Origin: an uncultured Bacilli bacterium
GTDB taxonomy: Bacteria > Bacillota_I > Bacilli_A > RF39 > UBA660
Direction: 5' to 3'
DNA length: 37,959 bases
Assembly (NCBI GenBank): GCA_947630105.1
Contig: CANRGD010000004.1
Span: 1-37,959, forward strand
Shown here one piece after another: positions 18,441 to 27,554 of this stretch. Position numbers and translations under genes: made by a program. The stretch's first letter is position 1; the number at the start of each line of letters is the position of its first letter. A model generated the notes under the pieces. That model did not search any database, was not told where the DNA came from, and was given only the letters and a program-made list of their open reading frames with translations.

Positions 18441-19502
18441 GTGATAAAAAGAAAACCAAAATTGTTATTAATCGTAATCATTATAGTAGTAGTTTTTATA
18501 AGTAGTGGACTAGGGATGTATATTTATTTAAGTAGTCCTGTTAATAAAAAGAGTGATGCTTCAATAGAAGTTGTAATTAAAAGTGGAAGCAGTGTAAAAC
18601 AAATTGCAAAAGAATTAAAACAAAAAAATTTAATAAAAAATACTTTGTTTTTTCAATTTTATGTAAAACTTAGTAATGTTAATTCTTTAAAAGCAACAAC
18701 TTATGTTTTTAAGAAAAGTATGTCTTTAAAAGAGATAGTTAAGTCATTAGAAGAGGGTAATTCATATAATCCTGATGTTATTAGTATTACATTTAAAGAA
18801 GGAAAGAGAATAACAGATTATGCTAAGGAAATAGAAAAAAAGACAACTAATACTTATGAAGATGTAATTGCAGTAATGCAAGATAAAGTATATATAAAGA
18901 CTTTAATTGATAAATATTGGTTTTTAACAGATAAAATTTTAGATGAAAATATATATTATCCATTAGAAGGATATTTGGCTGCTAATACATATGATTTTGC
19001 TAATAAAAATGTAGCTGTTAAAGATATTGTTGAAACAATGTTACAAGAAATGGATAATATGCTAAAAAAATATAAAAATTATAGTGATATACATTCATAT
19101 ATAACAATGGCATCTTTAGTTGAATTAGAAGGAACAAATACAGAAAATAGAAAAATGATTGTAGGAGTATTTAATAATAGAATAGATGCAAAAATGAATT
19201 TAGGCAGTGATGTTTCTACATATTATGCATTACAAGTTCCTATGACTAGTGATTTAACAGCTGAGCAATTTGGATTTGTAAGTCCTTATAATACTAGGGG
19301 AGCTAATATGATTGGAAAGTTACCAATTGGCCCAATTTGTAGTATTAGTAAAAGTAGTTTAGAAGCAAGTTTTAATCCTACTAAAAATGATTATTTATAT
19401 TTTGTAGCAGATAAATATGGAAATATATTTTATACTAAAACTAATGCAGAACATGTTGCTAAAGTAAATGAAATAAAAGAAAAAGGTGACTGGCTATGGT
19501 AA
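18441..19502 (+). CDS. mltG: Endolytic murein transglycosylase MltG (YceG family)
   Basis: N-terminal TM segment and 'MASLVELEGTNTENRKMIVGVFNNRIDAKMNLGSDVSTYYAL'. GTG start 7 nt after GGAGG. Confidence 0.9.
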   Translation: MIKRKPKLLLIVIIIVVVFISSGLGMYIYLSSPVNKKSDASIEVVIKSGSSVKQIAKELKQKNLIKNTLFFQFYVKLSNVNSLKATTYVFKKSMSLKEIVKSLEEGNSYNPDVISITFKEGKRITDYAKEIEKKTTNTYEDVIAVMQDKVYIKTLIDKYWFLTDKILDENIYYPLEGYLAANTYDFANKNVAVKDIVETMLQEMDNMLKKYKNYSDIHSYITMASLVELEGTNTENRKMIVGVFNNRIDAKMNLGSDVSTYYALQVPMTSDLTAEQFGFVSPYNTRGANMIGKLPIGPICSISKSSLEASFNPTKNDYLYFVADKYGNIFYTKTNAEHVAKVNEIKEKGDWLW

Positions 19503-20083
19503 ATAGTGCAAGTGTTATAAAAGATATAAAAAATTATGCTGATATAGAAAATGTTCCTATTATTAATGATAAAAGTTTAGAACATATTAAATATTTAATA
19601 AAGAAATATCAAATAAAAAATATTTTAGAAATAGGAACAGCTATAGGTTATTCAGCTATTGAAATGGCATTAGTTGATAGTGATATAAATATTACAACTA
19701 TTGAAAGAGATGAAAAAAGGTATTTAGAAGCAATAAAAAATATAAAAAAACTTAATTTAGAAAAGAGAATAAACTTAATTTATAATGATGCTTTAAATGT
19801 TCAATTAGGGGATAAATTTGATATGATTTTTATTGATGCTGCTAAGGCTCAAAATATAAAGTTTTTTGAAAAATTTGAAAAAAATTTAAATGATAGGGGA
19901 ATTATTATTACAGATAATATTAAATTTCATGGATTAGTTGACAGTCAAGATATAAAAAGTAAAAATTTGAAGTCTTTAGTGAGAAAAATTCGTGATTATA
20001 TTACTTATTTAAAGGAAAATAGTAATTATGAAACGGAATTTATAGATATTGGAGATGGGTTAGCTATTAGTTATAAAAAATAG
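19496..20083 (+). CDS. trmR: SAM-dependent O-methyltransferase, YrrM/TrmR type (tRNA 5-hydroxyuridine methyltransferase)
   Basis: 'ILEIGTAIGYSAIEMA', 'FDMIFIDAAK'. Its position directly after mltG matches B. subtilis yrrL-yrrM. Overlaps the mltG stop (ATGGTAA). Confidence 0.75.
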   Translation: MVNSASVIKDIKNYADIENVPIINDKSLEHIKYLIKKYQIKNILEIGTAIGYSAIEMALVDSDINITTIERDEKRYLEAIKNIKKLNLEKRINLIYNDALNVQLGDKFDMIFIDAAKAQNIKFFEKFEKNLNDRGIIITDNIKFHGLVDSQDIKSKNLKSLVRKIRDYITYLKENSNYETEFIDIGDGLAISYKK

Positions 20084-20115
20084 TATTTATAAATTCTTTA
20101 AAAGAGGTGATAAAA

Positions 20116-20952
20116 ATGGCATTAATTCAAATACTTGATTGTAGTGATACTTTAGGAACATGTTGTAGTGATTATGGAATTGTAAGTGTTTTAGATGTAA
20201 TAAGAAAAGTATTAGAATTATTTCAATTACTTGTACCAATTTTACTTATAGTTGGAACTACTGTACAATTTATAGTTTTAGCTTCAAATCCTGAAGCTAA
20301 AGATGGATTAAAAAAGTTATCAAATAAATATATTGCTGCTGTTGTGTGTTTCTTTTTACCAATAATTGTTAATGTTGTATTAAATTTATTACCTGAAAAT
20401 TTTGAAATTTCTTCTTGTTGGCAAACAGCAAAAGTTTCTGCAGAAATGGTGAGAATGCAAGAATCAAAATATATTAATCCCCATACTAAAGAAGCAAAAT
20501 CTATAATAATAAATGCTGATGATTATGAAAAAGCTTCAAAAAATAATGATAATAGTAATAGTAGTGATAAAGCAAAAGAAATTGTTGCTTATGCCAAAAG
20601 CTTTGTAGGACAACGTTATGTTTATGGAGGTAGTTGGAATGGGGAACTTCCCTATACAGGTACAGATTGTAGTGGATTCGTGCAAGGTGTATTTAAACAT
20701 TTTGGAATAAATTTAAGCAGAACTACTTATAGCCAATGGGCAGATACTAATTCTTATACATTAGTTAGTTCTGGTAGTATTCAAGCTGGTGACTTAGTAA
20801 TGTATGATGGACATGTAGGCATATTAACTGGAAATGGGTATGAAATGGTGCATGCACAATCGACAAGGACAGGGATAGTTTTGTCTAATGATTATAGAAC
20901 ATGTTCAAGTAAAGCTATCTTAGGTATTATGCGTATAAAAGGGGTTAACTAG
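20116..20952 (+). CDS. Membrane-anchored NlpC/P60 peptidoglycan endopeptidase with Cys-rich N-terminus and two TM helices
   Basis: C-terminal 'YVYGGSWNG...GTDCSGFVQGVFKHFGINLSRTTYSQW...GDLVMYDGHVGIL...VHA' carries the Cys-His-His triad. N-terminal 'DCSDTLGTCCSDYG' is followed by two hydrophobic helices. ATG 20116 lies 5 nt after AGAGGTGA. Confidence 0.85.
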   Translation: MALIQILDCSDTLGTCCSDYGIVSVLDVIRKVLELFQLLVPILLIVGTTVQFIVLASNPEAKDGLKKLSNKYIAAVVCFFLPIIVNVVLNLLPENFEISSCWQTAKVSAEMVRMQESKYINPHTKEAKSIIINADDYEKASKNNDNSNSSDKAKEIVAYAKSFVGQRYVYGGSWNGELPYTGTDCSGFVQGVFKHFGINLSRTTYSQWADTNSYTLVSSGSIQAGDLVMYDGHVGILTGNGYEMVHAQSTRTGIVLSNDYRTCSSKAILGIMRIKGVN

Positions 20953-20960
20953 GAGGATTT

Positions 20961-21728
20961 ATGTTATTAAAAGAAAAAAAGGTACATAATAATAAGAAAA
21001 ATACTAAAGCAATGAATAAAAATAATACTATTATTATTGCTATTACAGCAGCTGTTTTTGGAATTATATTTGTTATTGTGTTTATGATTAATCAAAATAA
21101 TAATAGAAATTATAATAATATAAAGATTACTAAAAATAAGTATTTAGTTTATACAAAAACTGAAAATACAACTGGTAAATTTTCTCAAGAAATTCCTTTT
21201 TTAAATATTGATTGTCCTATTGCTGAAAGTATTAATAAAGACATAGATATGTTTTTAAGTTCATTTAATAATTCTAATAAAAATATTATTAATTATGAGT
21301 ATAATATAAATGGAATAATTTTATCATTAGTAGTGAAAGTTGTTGATTATGATACAACTAATGCTCCTAATGTTTATTTTAGAACTTATAATTTTAATTT
21401 GGATACTTTAGAAGCTATTTCGGATGAGGCATTATTAAATTTTTTTGGAGTAGAGGCTGATACAGTTAGACAAAAAATTGAAGATAAATTTAAAGATTAT
21501 TATTATGAGGAACTAAAAGAAGGGTATTTGAATCAAAGTGAATGTGATTTTGATTGTTTTATTACTTACCGAGGATTTCAGGGGTATATGGAAGATATTC
21601 ATTACTATGTAGAAGCTGGTAAATTAGTTTTGTTTAAACCATTTATATTTGCTTCTATTTATGGGGAAGAAGAATTTTTTACAGATGAACATTTTAAATT
21701 TTTAATAGCAAATTTTTCTAATAAATAA
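20961..21728 (+). CDS. Bitopic membrane protein, extracytoplasmic domain of unknown function (weak DUF4163/DUF3298-like start)
   Basis: TM helix 'IIIAITAAVFGIIFVIVFMI'. 'EIPFLNIDCPIAESINKDIDMFL' loosely recalls DUF4163. SD is AGGAGG. Confidence 0.65.
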   Translation: MLLKEKKVHNNKKNTKAMNKNNTIIIAITAAVFGIIFVIVFMINQNNNRNYNNIKITKNKYLVYTKTENTTGKFSQEIPFLNIDCPIAESINKDIDMFLSSFNNSNKNIINYEYNINGIILSLVVKVVDYDTTNAPNVYFRTYNFNLDTLEAISDEALLNFFGVEADTVRQKIEDKFKDYYYEELKEGYLNQSECDFDCFITYRGFQGYMEDIHYYVEAGKLVLFKPFIFASIYGEEEFFTDEHFKFLIANFSNK

Positions 21729-21765
21729 AATAATAGTTACATTAAGTTGAGAAGGATTGTTTATT

Positions 21766-22608
21766 ATGGAAGAAAAAAGTAATAAAAATTTAGGGTTTAT
21801 AATAATTATTTGGGTACTTGTATTATTAATAATAGTCTTAGCTGGCTATATTTTAATTGATAAAAATATTATTAGCTTTAAAGATAATAAGATAGGGGTG
21901 TCTGATTCAGAAAATATAGGTGTGGATATAGAAGATAGAGAAGAAAAAATTAGTATTAATAATTCTGTTATTAAAACAATGTTTGAAAGTGCTCATGGAT
22001 ATTCAATTGGTCCTTGGGAACCAATTTTTGCTGCGGGAGGCTATGATATCAAAACAGCTGATACTGATTTTAAATTTAAATTATCTTTTAAACAATGGGA
22101 AAAAGAAGTAAAAACTTATGATACAACACAAAATGGATTATATTATGAAGTTAGCGAAGAAGCTGTAAAAAATGGGTATGAAAAATTATTTGGTCCTAAT
22201 ACTTATAAAAATATTGCACAAATAAAAACAGAATGTGAAACTTATACATATGATGCTACTAATAAGGTTTATCGTGCTGATGTTGGAGGTTGTGGAGGAG
22301 TAGCAGTTTTTGATGTTTATGAAAAAATTATTTCTGCAACACGATATAGTGATAGGATAGAAATAGTTAGTGCAGTATTTTATGAAGAAGAAAATTCTTT
22401 ATATAAAGATTATACTAAAACTAGTAGATTAACTGGTAATACTTGGCAAGATATTTCTAATACCGAAGAAAATGTTTTAAAAATAAAAGAATTAAAAGAT
22501 CAATATATTGAAAGTAATAAAGATAATTTAGAACAATATAGGTATATTTTTAAAGTGGCTGAGGATGGATTTTATTATATTGATCAAGTTAAACGAACTA
22601 AATCATAA
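21766..22608 (+). CDS. Bitopic membrane protein of unknown function
   Basis: TM helix 'LGFIIIIWVLVLLIIVLAGYILI'. ATG 21766; the track start is TTG 21757. No motif recognised. Confidence 0.65.
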   Translation: MEEKSNKNLGFIIIIWVLVLLIIVLAGYILIDKNIISFKDNKIGVSDSENIGVDIEDREEKISINNSVIKTMFESAHGYSIGPWEPIFAAGGYDIKTADTDFKFKLSFKQWEKEVKTYDTTQNGLYYEVSEEAVKNGYEKLFGPNTYKNIAQIKTECETYTYDATNKVYRADVGGCGGVAVFDVYEKIISATRYSDRIEIVSAVFYEEENSLYKDYTKTSRLTGNTWQDISNTEENVLKIKELKDQYIESNKDNLEQYRYIFKVAEDGFYYIDQVKRTKS

Positions 22609-22620
22609 ATTAAATTTATT

Positions 22621-22641
22621 AAAAAGCTTTGGCTTTTTTTT
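22621..22641 (+). terminator. Weak candidate terminator
   Basis: AAAAAGC (22621-22627) / GCTTTTT (22632-22638), loop TTTG, then a T-run. The stem is short and AT-rich. Confidence 0.35.
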
Positions 22642-22683
22642 AATTTCCATTTGAGATATAATATGAATTTAGAGGTGATGATA

Positions 22684-23550
22684 ATGAAATTATTAGTAGA
22701 GTTATCAGAAAAAAATGAAGATATATATAAAGAAGTTGATGGAGTTATTGTTGCCTTAAAAGGCTTGGCTATAGAAAGTGATGTTTATTACACTATTAAA
22801 GAAATAGAAAATATTGTTTCTAAGTATCCAAAATTAGAAGTTTTTGTAAAAATAAATAAAAATATTTTTAATAAAGATTTAGAAATTCTTAAAGAGGCTT
22901 TAATAAAATTAGATAAATTAAATATTAAAGGAATTTTATTTTATGATATAGCTATTTTACAACTAAAAAAAGATTTAAAACTAAATGTAGAGTTAGTTTG
23001 GAATCAAACACATATGGTTAATAATTATGAAACTTGTAATTATTATTATGAGCATGGTGTAAAATATGCAATATTAGGAAAAGAAATAACACTGGATGAA
23101 ATAATAGAAATTGTGAAAAATGCTAAAACGCAAACAATAGTAGAAGTGGTAGGAATTCCAAGTGTTGCCTTTTCCAAAAGAAAATTACTTTCTAATTATT
23201 ATAGTGATTTACATAAAAGTGCAAAAAATAAAATAGTAATTGAAGAAAAGATAACAAAAGATCACTATGAAGTAATTGAAGATGATAATGGAACAAGTTT
23301 TTATTTAGATAAAGTTGTTAATGCTACAGGAATTATACGTACTTTGTATTTAAATGAAACTGAGTACATTTTAATGCGTGAAAAAGGCCTTGAAAAGGTG
23401 TTTTATGAGTTAGTTGTTGATACTAAAAAGTATATTGATAATAAATGTGAAGATAATACGTATGTTGATAAATATAAGATGCTTGGAGAATTTACTAATT
23501 TCTTTTTTAAGAAAACTATTTATAGGGTGAAGAAGAATGAAAAAAATTGA
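22684..23550 (+). CDS. Peptidase U32 family protein, YrrN type (tRNA ho5U synthesis partner TrhP1 in B. subtilis)
   Basis: Size and position upstream of the larger U32 gene match yrrN-yrrO. ATG 22684 lies 5 nt after AGAGGTGA; the track start is TTG 22651. Confidence 0.7.
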   Translation: MKLLVELSEKNEDIYKEVDGVIVALKGLAIESDVYYTIKEIENIVSKYPKLEVFVKINKNIFNKDLEILKEALIKLDKLNIKGILFYDIAILQLKKDLKLNVELVWNQTHMVNNYETCNYYYEHGVKYAILGKEITLDEIIEIVKNAKTQTIVEVVGIPSVAFSKRKLLSNYYSDLHKSAKNKIVIEEKITKDHYEVIEDDNGTSFYLDKVVNATGIIRTLYLNETEYILMREKGLEKVFYELVVDTKKYIDNKCEDNTYVDKYKMLGEFTNFFFKKTIYRVKKNEKN

Positions 23551-24730
23551 ATTATTAGCTCCAGCTGGAGATTTGGAAAGATTAAAAATTGATTTACTTT
23601 ATGGAGCAGATGCGGTATATATTGGCGGAGAAAATTATGGGCTTAGGGCTAATGCTCCTAATTTTACTTTGGATGAAATTAAAGAGGGATGTTTATTTGC
23701 TCATAAGCTAAAAAAGAAAGTTTATTTAACTCTTAATATTGTTTTTCATAATGAAGATATGAAAGATGTTTTTTCATATATTGAAAAAGTAGTTGAGGCG
23801 GGAATTGATGCTTTTATTGTTAGTGATCCTTTTATAATATCTTTTATAAAAGATAATTTTAAGGTAGAAGTTCATTTGTCAACTCAAAATTCAACTAGTA
23901 ATTATAAGAGTGTTGAATATTTTAAAAATGAAGGTGTTGATCGAGTAGTTTTAGCACGAGAGTTATCTAAAATAGAAATTAAAGAGATAATTGATAAAAC
24001 AAAAATGGATATTGAAGTATTTATTCATGGAGCAATGTGTACTTGTTATAGCGGTAGATGTAGTTTATCTAATTATGTTACTAATCGAGATGCTAATAGG
24101 GGAGGCTGTGCTCAAGTTTGCCGGTTTGCCTTTAAGACGGATGAAGAAAAAGATTTTACTTTTGCGACAAAAGATTTAAATATGGCAAAATATATTAAAG
24201 ATTTAATAGAGATTGGTGTTAGTAGTTTAAAAATTGAAGGTAGAATGAGATCAATTTATTATTTAGCTACAGTTATAGGATGTTATAGGGAAATAATTGA
24301 TAGTTATTATTCTAATGATTTAACAGATCGAAAGCTTACAAGACTGCAACAAATATTAGATAGAGTAGCTAATAGAGCTACAGCAGAACATTATTTCATG
24401 AAAGAAGCAGATGCAACTGATCAATATTATTCAGGAAGAGTAGAATTATCTAATCAAGATTATTTGGGATTAATAATAGGATATGATAAAAAAAACAAGT
24501 GCTTAATTTTAAGAGAAAGAAATTATTTTGAAGTGGGAGATGAAATTGAAATATTTACTCCAGAACATAAAAATTATAAACTAGTTGTTAAAAATATATA
24601 TGACGAAAATATGAATAAATTATTGGTTGCTAGGCATCCAGAAGAAATTCTAAAAATTGAATTTTGTGAAGAATTACCTAAATATTCGATGATTAGACTA
24701 ATTAAAAAAAATGAAAACAAAAGTAGGTGA
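23537..24730 (+). CDS. Peptidase U32 family protein, YrrO type (TrhP2-like)
   Basis: 'ELLAPAGDLERLKIDLLYGADAVYIGG', and 'FIHGAMCTCYSGRCSLSNY', the U32 signature Cys cluster. Overlaps the upstream gene by 14 nt. Confidence 0.9.
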   Translation: MKKIELLAPAGDLERLKIDLLYGADAVYIGGENYGLRANAPNFTLDEIKEGCLFAHKLKKKVYLTLNIVFHNEDMKDVFSYIEKVVEAGIDAFIVSDPFIISFIKDNFKVEVHLSTQNSTSNYKSVEYFKNEGVDRVVLARELSKIEIKEIIDKTKMDIEVFIHGAMCTCYSGRCSLSNYVTNRDANRGGCAQVCRFAFKTDEEKDFTFATKDLNMAKYIKDLIEIGVSSLKIEGRMRSIYYLATVIGCYREIIDSYYSNDLTDRKLTRLQQILDRVANRATAEHYFMKEADATDQYYSGRVELSNQDYLGLIIGYDKKNKCLILRERNYFEVGDEIEIFTPEHKNYKLVVKNIYDENMNKLLVARHPEEILKIEFCEELPKYSMIRLIKKNENKSR

Positions 24731-24734
24731 GTTA

Positions 24735-25871
24735 ATGAAAAATATAGAAATAGTTAAACATAATTTTTTGAATAAAGAAAGCTATTTAAATGAATATGCT
24801 ACAAAAAGTAGTGATGCTATCAGATTAAAGGTAATGCAAGAGGATTATAGACCACCTTATTTTCATGATATTGATAGAATTATTCATTCTTATTCCTATA
24901 CAAGATATTTAGATAAGACACAAGTTTTTACAAGAAGTATGAATGATCATATCAGTAAAAGAATTACACATGTACAACTTGTTAGTAAAATTGCTAGAAC
25001 TATTGGAAGAGCCCTTAATTTAAATGAAGATTTAATTGAAGCTATTGCTTTAGGACATGATATAGGACATACTCCTTTGGGACATGTAGGAGAAGAAATA
25101 CTTAATGAAATATCACAACGAGAATTAGGTTTATATTTTGCACATAATATTCAAAGTGTTAGACATTATATGGAAGTGGAAAATGCAGGAGAAGGGTTAA
25201 ATTTAACTATTCAAGTATTAGATGGAATTATGTGTCATAATGGAGAGCTGCTAACAAATATTTATGAACCTGTTGCTAAAACAAAAGAAGAATTTTTAGC
25301 AGAATATAATGATGCGTATAAAGATTTAAATAAAGCAAGTAAAAATCATCCTATGACTTTAGAAGGCTGTGTTGTTAGAATTAGTGACATTATTGGTTAT
25401 ATTGGAAGAGATATTGAAGATGCAATAATGATTGGTAAAATTAAAAGAGAAATTCTTCCTAAAGAAATAAGAGATGTTTTAGGTGATAATAATAAAGATA
25501 TTGTTAATAATATTATTGATGATATTATTAGTAATAGTTTAGCTAAACCATATATAAAATTAAGTGATAAAGTTTTTAAAGCTTTATTTCGACTAAAAAA
25601 ATTTAATTATGAAAATATTTATAAGTATAGTTTAAGTAAAAAAGAAAAAGAATATTATAGGAAAGGTATGAATACTATTTATAGTAATTATTTAAAGGCA
25701 ATTTTAAATAATGATAAAAATAATATTATTTTTAATATATTTTTAAATTATCAAAAACCAAGGTATTTGAAAGATACTGATCCTAAAAGAATGGTTATTG
25801 ATTTTATAGCTGGAATGACTGATGAATTATTTATAAATGAAGTAAAACTTGCATTTGAAAAGAAAATGTGA
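24735..25871 (+). CDS. HD-domain dNTP triphosphohydrolase (dGTPase-like)
   Basis: 'FHDIDRIIHSYSYTRYLDKTQVF', 'RITHVQLVSKIARTIG', 'LGHDIGHTPLGHVGE'. ATG 24735 follows AGGTGA and the U32 stop; the track alternative is 24711. Confidence 0.9.
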   Translation: MKNIEIVKHNFLNKESYLNEYATKSSDAIRLKVMQEDYRPPYFHDIDRIIHSYSYTRYLDKTQVFTRSMNDHISKRITHVQLVSKIARTIGRALNLNEDLIEAIALGHDIGHTPLGHVGEEILNEISQRELGLYFAHNIQSVRHYMEVENAGEGLNLTIQVLDGIMCHNGELLTNIYEPVAKTKEEFLAEYNDAYKDLNKASKNHPMTLEGCVVRISDIIGYIGRDIEDAIMIGKIKREILPKEIRDVLGDNNKDIVNNIIDDIISNSLAKPYIKLSDKVFKALFRLKKFNYENIYKYSLSKKEKEYYRKGMNTIYSNYLKAILNNDKNNIIFNIFLNYQKPRYLKDTDPKRMVIDFIAGMTDELFINEVKLAFEKKM

Positions 25872-25914
25872 TATAATATGTCCAATTTTCAGATAACAGA
25901 TATTATTTTAGTTA

Positions 25915-25943
25915 TTGCAACTTTTGATTTATTATGATATACT
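25915..25943 (+). promoter_or_regulatory. Strong candidate sigma-A promoter for greA (extended -10)
   Basis: TTGCAA (25915-25920), 17-nt spacer containing TG at 25935-25936, then TATACT (25938-25943). Confidence 0.6.
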
Positions 25944-25951
25944 GTGGCAAG

Positions 25952-25967
25952 TTGAATTTAAATTCAA
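25952..25967. promoter_or_regulatory. Perfect 16-bp palindrome in the greA leader (operator or leader hairpin)
   Basis: TTGAATTT/AAATTCAA at 25952-25967, beginning about 9 nt after the predicted -10. Confidence 0.4.
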
Positions 25968-25994
25968 TGATAAGCAAATTTAGAGGTGATAATT

Positions 25995-26465
25995 ATGGGA
26001 AATAAAAATACAGTCTATTTAACTCAAGAAGGGTTAGATGAATTAAAAAAAGAATTGGATGATTTGATTAATGTAAAACGTCCAGAAAATATTCAAGCTA
26101 TAAAAGAGGCTAGATCTTTAGGAGATTTATCAGAAAATGCTGAATATGATGCGGCGCGTAATGAACAAGCAGTTATTGAAGCAAGAATTAAACAATTAGA
26201 AAAAATGTTAGAAAATGTTTCTATAATTAAAGAAGTATCTAAAGATAAAGTAAGTATTGGTAATACAGTTTCCATTAAATATGTTGATGATAATGAAGAA
26301 GATGAATATAAAATAGTAGGTAGTCAAGAAGCAAATCCTTTTGAAAGTAAAATTTCTAACGAAAGTCCAATTGCTCAAGCATTATTTGATCATAAAGTTG
26401 GAGATATTGTAACTGTTGAAAGTCCAAATGGTTCATATGAAGTAGAAATAATTAATATTGAATAA
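25995..26465 (+). CDS. greA: Transcription elongation factor GreA
   Basis: 'LTQEGLDELKKELDDL...RPENIQAIKEARSLGDLSENAEYDAARNEQA', with a C-terminal 'ESPIAQAL...KVGD' domain. 156 aa from ATG 25995. Confidence 0.95.
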   Translation: MGNKNTVYLTQEGLDELKKELDDLINVKRPENIQAIKEARSLGDLSENAEYDAARNEQAVIEARIKQLEKMLENVSIIKEVSKDKVSIGNTVSIKYVDDNEEDEYKIVGSQEANPFESKISNESPIAQALFDHKVGDIVTVESPNGSYEVEIINIE

Positions 26466-26492
26466 ATTGAAATTATATTTCGACAAGAAAGT

Positions 26493-26532
26493 TAAAAAAA
26501 ATAGTTTATAAAGAGAATAAACTATTTTTTTT
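26493..26532 (+). terminator. Candidate rho-independent terminator after greA (AT-rich stem, bidirectional shape)
   Basis: A-run, stem ATAGTTTAT (26501-26509) / ATAAACTAT (26517-26525), loop AAAGAGA, T8 run (26526-26532). The T-run merges directly into the SD of the next gene. Confidence 0.5.
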
Positions 26533-26542
26533 GAGGTGAAAT

Positions 26543-27460
26543 ATGAGTTCATTAATTAATATATTATTTATATTTATTGGAAAGAATAATTTTTTTGAGT
26601 TAAATAGAACAAAAAATTATATTATAGAGAAAAATTATATAAAAGAAGAAGTGGAGTATTTAAAAGAAAATAAAGTTTTAAAAATAAATATAGAAATTCC
26701 TAAAGAATATTCAAAAAAACAAATAGAAATAGAACCTAGTATTTTTGATGGATTAAGGGAATATAAAAAAATAAGGGCTGATGAACAAACTGATGTGATA
26801 ATTGAAATTTTTAATAAAAGTAGATATACATATAAATATAAAGCTAAAAGTTTTAAAGTTGAGACGGTAAAGATAACTAGGGATTTTGATAATTATAAAA
26901 AAAGTGGTGGAGTAGGATTTGATAAAAAAGATATATATGAAATATTTATACCTATTAGGTGTTATAATGAAGCATTATATTCTTTATATAATGATGAGTT
27001 TAAAGAAGAATATTTAAAAGATGAGATATTAGATAGTAAACTTAAAAGTAGAGGATATGATGGTATTAAACAATTAGATAACTATTATAAAGATTTTTTT
27101 AATTTAAAATATGGTAAAAACTATAAAAAATTTGAGGATGTAGATGTAGATTTAAAAGGAAAAATATTTAAGGGGGAGACTAGTTCTATATTTGAGAGCA
27201 ATATACTAATAATAGAGGAAGCTTATAAATATTTTTATCAAAATATTATGACAATTATATTAAAAGATAAAAATAAAAAATATAGTATATATGATATTAT
27301 GAATAGTAATAGTGGAGATACATATTTAAAAGATGAATTGGCTGTTATTAATAATAATAGTAAAAAAAAGCTAAAATTAACTATAAATATAAATAACTAT
27401 TATGAAGCATTTGAAAAGTATAATTATTATGGAAATTTAAGATTTATACTTGAAAAATGA
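26543..27460 (+). CDS. Hypothetical Lys/Tyr-rich protein (305 aa) with a hydrophobic N-terminus
   Basis: SD GAGGTGA. N-terminal 'LINILFIFIG'. No recognisable domain. Confidence 0.6.
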   Translation: MSSLINILFIFIGKNNFFELNRTKNYIIEKNYIKEEVEYLKENKVLKINIEIPKEYSKKQIEIEPSIFDGLREYKKIRADEQTDVIIEIFNKSRYTYKYKAKSFKVETVKITRDFDNYKKSGGVGFDKKDIYEIFIPIRCYNEALYSLYNDEFKEEYLKDEILDSKLKSRGYDGIKQLDNYYKDFFNLKYGKNYKKFEDVDVDLKGKIFKGETSSIFESNILIIEEAYKYFYQNIMTIILKDKNKKYSIYDIMNSNSGDTYLKDELAVINNNSKKKLKLTININNYYEAFEKYNYYGNLRFILEK

Positions 27461-27488
27461 CTAAAATTAATAGTTTTTTATTTTTGTC

Positions 27489-27517
27489 TTTAAAAATAAA
27501 AAAAATTGAGATATACT
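27489..27517 (+). promoter_or_regulatory. Weak candidate promoter for the Tad-like operon
   Basis: TTTAAA (27489-27494), 17-nt spacer, TATACT (27512-27517). An alternative is TTGAGA (27506-27511) with GATAAT at 27531-27536, but the 19-nt spacer is poor. Confidence 0.25.
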
Positions 27518-27554
27518 TAATGTAAGATAAGATAATAGGGAGTGACGTGGTAAG

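Noticed and set aside
18275-18481. 68-aa minus-strand ORF
   Set aside because: It is antisense to the DUF1292 gene end and the mltG start. It has no SD and low-complexity hydrophobic content. It is a shadow ORF.
23991-24179. 62-aa plus-strand ORF inside the U32 gene
   Set aside because: It is an alternative frame within a well-supported U32 peptidase CDS that carries its signature Cys cluster in exactly this region. There is no independent support.
26093-26275. 60-aa minus-strand ORF
   Set aside because: It is antisense to the highly conserved greA coding sequence.
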